From positions 1 to 14,202 of the forward strand of contig JBHLLG010000070.1 in NCBI GenBank assembly GCA_048885925.1: a stretch of 14,202 bases of DNA, given 5' to 3'. Both the position numbers and the translations under genes were made by a program. Positions 9,083 through 14,202 of this stretch are shown piece after piece. Position 1 is the first letter of the stretch. Each line of letters starts with the position of its first letter. The notes under the pieces were generated by a model. It saw only the letters and a program-made list of their open reading frames with translations. It did not search any database and was not told where the DNA came from. This stretch comes from Candidatus Hermodarchaeota archaeon (lineage in GTDB: Archaea; Asgardarchaeota; Lokiarchaeia; Sigyniarchaeales; SOKP01).

Positions 9083-10339
9083 TTATTCCGCTTGATTGAA
9101 GTAATCTGCTTCAAGATTCGGAAAAATTTTCTTCTTTCTTCCGTCTTTTTTAAATTTAATGAGTCCCAATTCATTCAATTTATCTAAATGATATTGTATT
9201 GTCTTGTGATCCACTTTATATTTTTTAGTAATCAAGTTATTCCATATACCGGGATTTTTTTCAATTATTTCTAAAATCTCTAAAGTTAATTTACTTTTTT
9301 GTAACTTTAAATCTATGTTAGATACTGGATTTTTTTGATAATATGGAAAGTAAGCAATAAAATTACCTATTCGTTTTTTTCCAATAACTTTGTAGGTTAG
9401 TAAAATATCAAGATGCCAAACTAAATTACCTGCTGCTAACCCTGTTTTACGTAGTAGCTCATTAAAGTGTATTCCTGGCTCATTCAAGATTAAATCAATT
9501 ATTTTATTCCTATTCTCATTTTCTAAAACCTCATCTAAGCTTAAACGGTGTGCTCCTTTCTCAATTGGCACAGTTCTTTTTCTTAAGTATTGGAAGTAAT
9601 CCTTTTTGGAAATTAAAATTACTAGAGCAACGATTGCAATTGCAATTACAGTGATTGTAACAATTAACCATGTCCAATCTTCTTGAATAACCTGGATTTC
9701 AAAAATTGTGATATAATAATCTGTGTCTGGCTGAATACTAGTAAGTGTACTTTCTAAATGTTCTTCAGTGGTAGTTTCATTGAATCTTACAGTAGTATCA
9801 ATTAATTGCCATTCTTCTTCATTAGATTTCAATATGCCGATAGAATATGAACGTTCTGGATCTAATCCAAATTGCTCATTTTCTTTAAATCTTATAGTCA
9901 ATTCTTCGATTGATGTATTTGAATTTATCCTAAAAATACACTCATATCTATATTTTAGACTATAATTACTTTTTTGTGGCTGTCTTGGAGATTGTGATAC
10001 ACCAAAATTCTGTAAATTTGATTTTGTCGAAATATTCAATGAAAGGGGTTCACTATTGCTGAGGATAAAAAGAGTCTGACGGTATGTAATTGTATTTTCA
10101 TATTCAATAAAAAGATCAATTGGAGTGTCAGTAGCAATTTCAAATGTAATATTATTTAAAAAGTTATAAGAGACTCTTTCATTTGTGTTAACTTTATCTT
10201 GAGTTGAAAATCCAGGAATAGTTTCTTTTCTCGCATTAATATTACCGAATAATAAATTGATCTCAAGGAAAATTATTAATAGAAATAGAACTACAATGTA
10301 CTTATAATTTTTACTATTGGTTATGTTAATATTCTTCAA
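9083..10339 (-). CDS. Membrane-anchored transcriptional regulator: signal/TM, ~185-aa beta-rich ectodomain, TM, tandem winged-helix domains
   Basis: N-terminal hydrophobic YIVVLFLLIIFLEINLLFG; TM WTWLIVTITVIAIAIVALVILIS followed by KK; wHTH1 RNKIIDLILNEPGIHFNELLRKTGLAAGNLVWHLDIL; wHTH2 ILEIIEKNPGIWNNLI...TIQYHLDKLNELGLI...GRKKKIF. AAGGA precedes the TTG start. Confidence 0.85.
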   Translation of the reverse strand: MKNINITNSKNYKYIVVLFLLIIFLEINLLFGNINARKETIPGFSTQDKVNTNERVSYNFLNNITFEIATDTPIDLFIEYENTITYRQTLFILSNSEPLSLNISTKSNLQNFGVSQSPRQPQKSNYSLKYRYECIFRINSNTSIEELTIRFKENEQFGLDPERSYSIGILKSNEEEWQLIDTTVRFNETTTEEHLESTLTSIQPDTDYYITIFEIQVIQEDWTWLIVTITVIAIAIVALVILISKKDYFQYLRKRTVPIEKGAHRLSLDEVLENENRNKIIDLILNEPGIHFNELLRKTGLAAGNLVWHLDILLTYKVIGKKRIGNFIAYFPYYQKNPVSNIDLKLQKSKLTLEILEIIEKNPGIWNNLITKKYKVDHKTIQYHLDKLNELGLIKFKKDGRKKKIFPNLEADYFNQAE

Positions 10340-10367
10340 CTAATTTCCTTCAAATATACTTAATTAT

Positions 10368-10375
10368 TATATAAA
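10368..10375 (-). promoter_or_regulatory. Candidate archaeal TATA box (TTTATATA) for the membrane wHTH gene
   Basis: TTTATATA on the minus strand, ending 28 nt upstream of the TTG at 10339. Weak evidence in AT-rich DNA. Confidence 0.3.
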
Positions 10376-10379
10376 TATT

Positions 10380-10391
10380 AAAAAAAAAAAA
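10380..10391 (-). terminator. Oligo-T (T12) archaeal-type terminator candidate
   Basis: A12 run on the + strand (T12 on minus), 13 nt after the stop of the 235-aa gene. Confidence 0.45.
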
Positions 10392-10404
10392 TTTTTGAAT
10401 ACAT

Positions 10405-11112
10405 TTACTTTCTTTTCTTAAGATATATTACTAATACAACAGCTACAACTACAGATCCAATAAAAACTGCTTCAATACCTACAAAACCCCAGATTGCATC
10501 ATCAGTTTCAGGTATAAGTATTGTCCAAGTGGAGAAGTGGTTAGTCTCGCAAATTAAATATCCATTCTGTTCCATTGTTGTAACCGCTTCCCATTGTTCT
10601 GCTGTTTCATTATAAAAAGCCCACGTTCCCTCACGATTTCTATTATTCGCTTGGATTTTAAGTTGTGCATGAATTTGATTTTGAATTGATGCATTAGTCT
10701 GAATTCTAATACAAAATCCTTCTTGATATAGTAAATTGCGATTTCGATTTCTTACTGTATATCTATTTCCTAGTAATAATCCTAATTCTTCTTGTTCTTC
10801 TGTACAAGTCATATTCATTTGGAGATCATATTGCGCTTCTATCTCAATTTCAAAATGCTTATCTCCGATTTTTGGAGCTTCACTACAATTTATATATCCT
10901 TGAATAGATATATTTGTTTGTACCGTTAATCTTGTCTGTAATTGAAATCGCCACGTTAAGCTATAATTAGCTTGCACCTGATATTGATATAATTCGGTAC
11001 TATTAACAGGAATAGGCGTTTCTGGAGTAGCTAATACTGTATTTATGTTAATCACTGTGAATAACATAGCGAAAGTAAATATGCCTATTAAAATTTTATT
11101 TATTTTATTCAT
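10405..11112 (-). CDS. Single-pass cell-surface protein with juxtamembrane HFS (GPS/GAIN-like autoproteolysis) motif
   Basis: Signal peptide (KILIGIFTFAMLFTVININTVLA), beta-rich ectodomain with 7 N-x-S/T sequons, WAFYNETAEQW...CETNHFSTWTIL, C-terminal TM and KKRK tail. AGGTG Shine-Dalgarno upstream. Confidence 0.82.
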   Translation of the reverse strand: MNKINKILIGIFTFAMLFTVININTVLATPETPIPVNSTELYQYQVQANYSLTWRFQLQTRLTVQTNISIQGYINCSEAPKIGDKHFEIEIEAQYDLQMNMTCTEEQEELGLLLGNRYTVRNRNRNLLYQEGFCIRIQTNASIQNQIHAQLKIQANNRNREGTWAFYNETAEQWEAVTTMEQNGYLICETNHFSTWTILIPETDDAIWGFVGIEAVFIGSVVVAVVLVIYLKKRK

Positions 11113-11324
11113 TCTTTTTTAACACCTAAATTGGTCTAAGTTAATAAACGTGGGTGATATAAAAAGGATTGAGGAATAAATATTCCCAATTAATTTGACA
11201 TACAATTATGGAAGTTCAACTCTGTAAAAAATAGTCGTATTACAAAAAATTTTGAAATTTACTCACTTTAAAATCAGTTTTGGTATTAGTAATTCCCTCC
11301 TAGCTTAACTTTTAATATAATGAT

Positions 11325-11368
11325 TTTGAAAATATTATTAAAGATTTTCAAATTAAAATATTTATATG
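11325..11368 (+). promoter_or_regulatory. 9-bp inverted repeat (TTTGAAAAT-N10-ATTTTCAAA) next to a candidate TATA box (TTTATATG) of the 751-aa gene
   Basis: Arms at 11325-11333 and 11344-11352; TTTATA at 11361; GGAGA Shine-Dalgarno at 11422-11426 before the ATG at 11434. Confidence 0.3.
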
Positions 11369-11433
11369 AAATTCATCTTAAATTTATTTTAAGATAGAAG
11401 ATCAAATTTTATGTTATTTATGGAGATAAATTT

Positions 11434-13689
11434 ATGTCATTAAAAGATTTTACTAAAGAAATATTCACTCGATATGGGTTCACGGAAGAACATATCAATA
11501 TCTATTTAGTATATTTAAGAATCCCCCGTGCGACAACATCTGAAGTTTATATGACTTTAGTTGATGAAAATGAATCTCTACAATATGAGACTGTGATAGA
11601 AATAACGAATTGGCTAGTAGAGAAAGGATTCCTTAAAAGAGTTGAGGGTATTATAGATAGATATATTCCACTTCAACCATATTTTGAATTGTTTATTAAT
11701 GAATCAGAAAATTTTAGGAATGAAATTGCAAAAATTAAAGATAAAATTTTAGCAGATCAATCTGATCGGTTCGAGAAACTTGAAGCAATTCAAGATAAAA
11801 GTATCGGTGAAGTTGAAAAAGCAGTTGATACCCAAATTAAAGTTTTCTTTGAAGATTCTGATTCAAAAAATACAACTAAAAAAAATCGAATTGATAACGC
11901 TACTAAACGTTTCACTGAAACTTCTAAGACTTTAGAAAGTAATCTTCATTCTATTATGGACAATTTGAATTCAAAATTAAAAAGTATATCAGAAGCAATT
12001 GTCAATAAAAATGAAAGTGAAGTTGCTAAATTTAGAGATAACCTCACAGAGATAATCTCAAAATTATTGGAAGATTTTTCTACTAGGGTCGATAATTTAG
12101 AAAAAGAGCTGAAAATGGAATTGGATGAACATGTTGAAAGGCATAAAAGCACAGCAAACCAACTTAAACCAAAGATGGAGCAAATTTTAGAGAAATACTT
12201 GGAACGTATGGATAAGGTTATTGCTGATTTGAAAGCAAAAATTTCTAATCTATTAAAAGAACATATAATTCACGTTAAGAATACTACTGATACACTCCAG
12301 ACAAATTTGAAAGCCAGTGTTGATGAGAGGCACAGAATTTTAACAGATCAAACAAATAACTTTAAAAGTATGACACTTACTTTAATCGATAATTTACTTG
12401 AACATGCAAATAGGTTTACTGATTTTTCTGAAGATATGGCTAAAAAAGGATTCTTCTGGATGGGAAAAAAGAAAAAATACAAAGCTAGGCATCAAACGAC
12501 TATTGAAAATGTATTAAAATATTCTGAGCCAATGAAACCTGATTTTATTAAAACATGTGATGATTATATTGTAAATACCCGAAAAACAACCGATCAGATA
12601 AAAACTGATGTTACAGATATAATGGTTAAAGAAAATGAAGGCATAGAAACTGAAACTACAGATCTTGACTATAAAGCTCAAGAAACAGTAGATGCACAGT
12701 TACAAAACCTCGCAACGGATTTAGCTGGAGAAGTTGATGATACATTACAAACAGGTGTAAAAGATTGTTCTGATACAAGAATTAAACTAAAAGATTCCTT
12801 AGAAAACTCATTTAAGACGCATCATCGCCAATATGATGACGCTTTAAATACTCATAAAGAGAATTCTTTAAAGCATTATACTGGTTTTGATACTGAAATT
12901 AAAAGAACAAGTGCCGATTGGACTCGAGATGTTGATACTAATTTTGCGAATGGTAAAAGAGAAAGTTCAGAAAAAATTGATGGTGAGATTAGATTATGGG
13001 ATGCTGAAGCAAAAGATATGAATAATAATTTATCAGATATGCTTGCAGATCACAAATCCAAATATCAGCAAAACGCAAAAACACTACAAAGTAGTCTATC
13101 AAATACTACAAGAGATACAATTCAAAATGTTAAAGATGCAATCGCGGATTTCACATTACAATTCATGAACTCTATTGATGATGGTACAGAACTTGCTGAA
13201 AGTAATGAAAGTAAACTAGGTGACATTCATAATGCTTCTAGCGCAATTCCTGAAATATCTAAAGTTACGACTTGGCCAATAGTTGGAAAAGATGCTTTAG
13301 TTGCTGCTGTGAAGGATGCTGTATATCGCACAAAATCTTCAATTATTATTGTAACTCCATATGTTGTGCCTGAAATCTTACAAATTGTATCTGAATACGC
13401 ATTTCAGAAAAAAGCAGCGAGATTTATGCTTACATCGTTTTGGGATTTAAATCAGTATGGAGGAATAATAAATAAGATGAAACAACTTGGAAATATCCAG
13501 TTTCGCCAATTACAAACAGCTGGAGAGTTTTTCGCAGTTACACGAGATGCTGAAGAAGTTATTCTGGCACCTGCTACTGAAAAGGAGGCAGAAATGATTG
13601 CTGTGGTTTCAGATCAAGAGGGTTATGCAAAACTATATTCTCAGTTTATCGGGCCCATATTCCAAGCGCAGAGCCGTCCAATTCAATGA
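11434..13689 (+). CDS. TrmB-like protein: N-terminal wHTH, ~520-aa hendecad coiled coil, C-terminal TrmB effector/PLD-like fold
   Basis: aa 1-82 resemble TrmB wHTH (YGFTEEHINIYLVYL...ATTSEV...LVEKGFL...RYIPLQP). aa 83-605 are helical with 11-residue periodicity. aa ~612-751 resemble the TrmB C-domain (WPIVGKD...TKSSIIIVTPY...AVTRDAEEVILAP), with no HKD motif. Confidence 0.8.
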   Translation: MSLKDFTKEIFTRYGFTEEHINIYLVYLRIPRATTSEVYMTLVDENESLQYETVIEITNWLVEKGFLKRVEGIIDRYIPLQPYFELFINESENFRNEIAKIKDKILADQSDRFEKLEAIQDKSIGEVEKAVDTQIKVFFEDSDSKNTTKKNRIDNATKRFTETSKTLESNLHSIMDNLNSKLKSISEAIVNKNESEVAKFRDNLTEIISKLLEDFSTRVDNLEKELKMELDEHVERHKSTANQLKPKMEQILEKYLERMDKVIADLKAKISNLLKEHIIHVKNTTDTLQTNLKASVDERHRILTDQTNNFKSMTLTLIDNLLEHANRFTDFSEDMAKKGFFWMGKKKKYKARHQTTIENVLKYSEPMKPDFIKTCDDYIVNTRKTTDQIKTDVTDIMVKENEGIETETTDLDYKAQETVDAQLQNLATDLAGEVDDTLQTGVKDCSDTRIKLKDSLENSFKTHHRQYDDALNTHKENSLKHYTGFDTEIKRTSADWTRDVDTNFANGKRESSEKIDGEIRLWDAEAKDMNNNLSDMLADHKSKYQQNAKTLQSSLSNTTRDTIQNVKDAIADFTLQFMNSIDDGTELAESNESKLGDIHNASSAIPEISKVTTWPIVGKDALVAAVKDAVYRTKSSIIIVTPYVVPEILQIVSEYAFQKKAARFMLTSFWDLNQYGGIINKMKQLGNIQFRQLQTAGEFFAVTRDAEEVILAPATEKEAEMIAVVSDQEGYAKLYSQFIGPIFQAQSRPIQ

Positions 13690-14046
13690 TTTTGAGAGAT
13701 TGGAACAATTAAATACCGAAACTGGTAGAATAGTTTAAAGTAAATAATAAATTTTTTTATATATATTCTTTTTTAATATCATCTAGACATATATTAACTT
13801 GAATTCTTTCTGAGTAAATTTCAAATATTTTTATTATGTTAAACCACTGAACTTAAATCCTGGTTTACGGTTAATTATGTTTTTTCTAAAATCATCCAAA
13901 AAAAACTTTCTCTGTTCAATACGATCTTTAGACCATCCTTGTCGCTTGTCAAACCTTAGAGGGGCAAATATGCACAATTAAAGGAACACAATATATAATC
14001 AAGTTCTTCGAAGATAGATCCCTATATTTTCTTCAGGTTTATTCTT

Positions 14047-14202
14047 CTATAATAAAAGAAAACCACATATTTCGCAATTTTTCTTATCACCACTATTGAT
14101 ATTATTACAAATGGGGCAAATATTGACTGTTACAATCTCGTCTTTTCGAATACTTTCTGAATTACTCTTTTTTGACTCAATTATAGTTCTAACTTCTGTA
14201 AC
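14047..14202 (-). CDS. 3' end of a gene ending in a zinc ribbon (RanBP2-like spacing); 5' part outside window
   Basis: Manual translation: ...VTEVRTIIESKKSNSESIRKDEIVTVNICPICNNINSGDKKNCEICGFLLL* (C-x2-C-x3-N-x6-C-x2-C). Confidence 0.75.
   Translation of the reverse strand, partial: VTEVRTIIESKKSNSESIRKDEIVTVNICPICNNINSGDKKNCEICGFLLL

Noticed and set aside
7814-12152. ORF-track entries 7814..8008, 9768..9965 and 11946..12152
   Set aside because: Antisense shadows within longer genes with clear domain content.
13270-13689. Active phospholipase D/nuclease in the C-domain of the 751-aa protein (defence-system idea)
   Set aside because: No HxK(x4)D motif (the equivalent region reads GEFFAVTRD), consistent with the non-catalytic TrmB effector domain.
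11434-13689. SMC/Rad50 or chemoreceptor assignment for the 751-aa coiled-coil protein
   Set aside because: No Walker A/B or signature motif, no CxxC hook or hinge domain, and no MCP hairpin consensus.
963-13692. Selenocysteine read-through at the TGA stops of the Zn-ribbon, nitroreductase and TrmB-like genes
   Set aside because: Each TGA is followed within 1-12 codons by another stop, the domains are already complete, and no SECIS-like hairpin was seen.
13834-13977. 47-codon minus-strand TTG ORF (LCIFAPLRFDKRQGWSKDRIEQRKFFLDDFRKNIINRKPGFKFSGLT)
   Set aside because: Somewhat protein-like and possibly a gene remnant, but no ribosome-binding site, ATG or recognisable motif; needs a homology search.
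1-14202. tRNA/rRNA genes, CRISPR arrays, IS elements
   Set aside because: Intergenic regions are uniformly AT-rich, with no GC-rich structured islands, spaced direct repeats, transposase ORFs or terminal inverted repeats visible by eye.

Overview
Very AT-rich archaeal chromosomal segment. An Asgard/Lokiarchaeia-like origin is inferred from composition, the archaeal-type ProRS and the protein architectures; it is not proven. The left two-thirds is housekeeping and metabolic: 3' end of proS, two small genes missing from the ORF track (58-aa winged helix, 54-aa Zn ribbon), an MBL hydrolase plus D-cysteine-desulfhydrase-like pair, a deoxyhypusine-synthase-family gene divergent from pyruvoyl arginine decarboxylase, a GH57 branching enzyme, a creatinase-like M24 hydrolase lacking metal ligands, and a nitroreductase. 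The right third holds two candidate novel systems. (1) Two tandem single-pass membrane proteins with apparently paralogous ectodomains: one has a GPS/GAIN-like H-F|S autoproteolysis motif just outside its TM helix, the other a cytoplasmic tandem winged-helix regulator. (2) A divergently transcribed 751-aa TrmB-like protein whose wHTH and effector domains are separated by ~520 aa of hendecad coiled coil, with a KKGFFWMGKKKK motif at the midpoint, suggesting a long hairpin DNA-membrane tether. No RNA genes, CRISPR arrays or mobile elements were seen.
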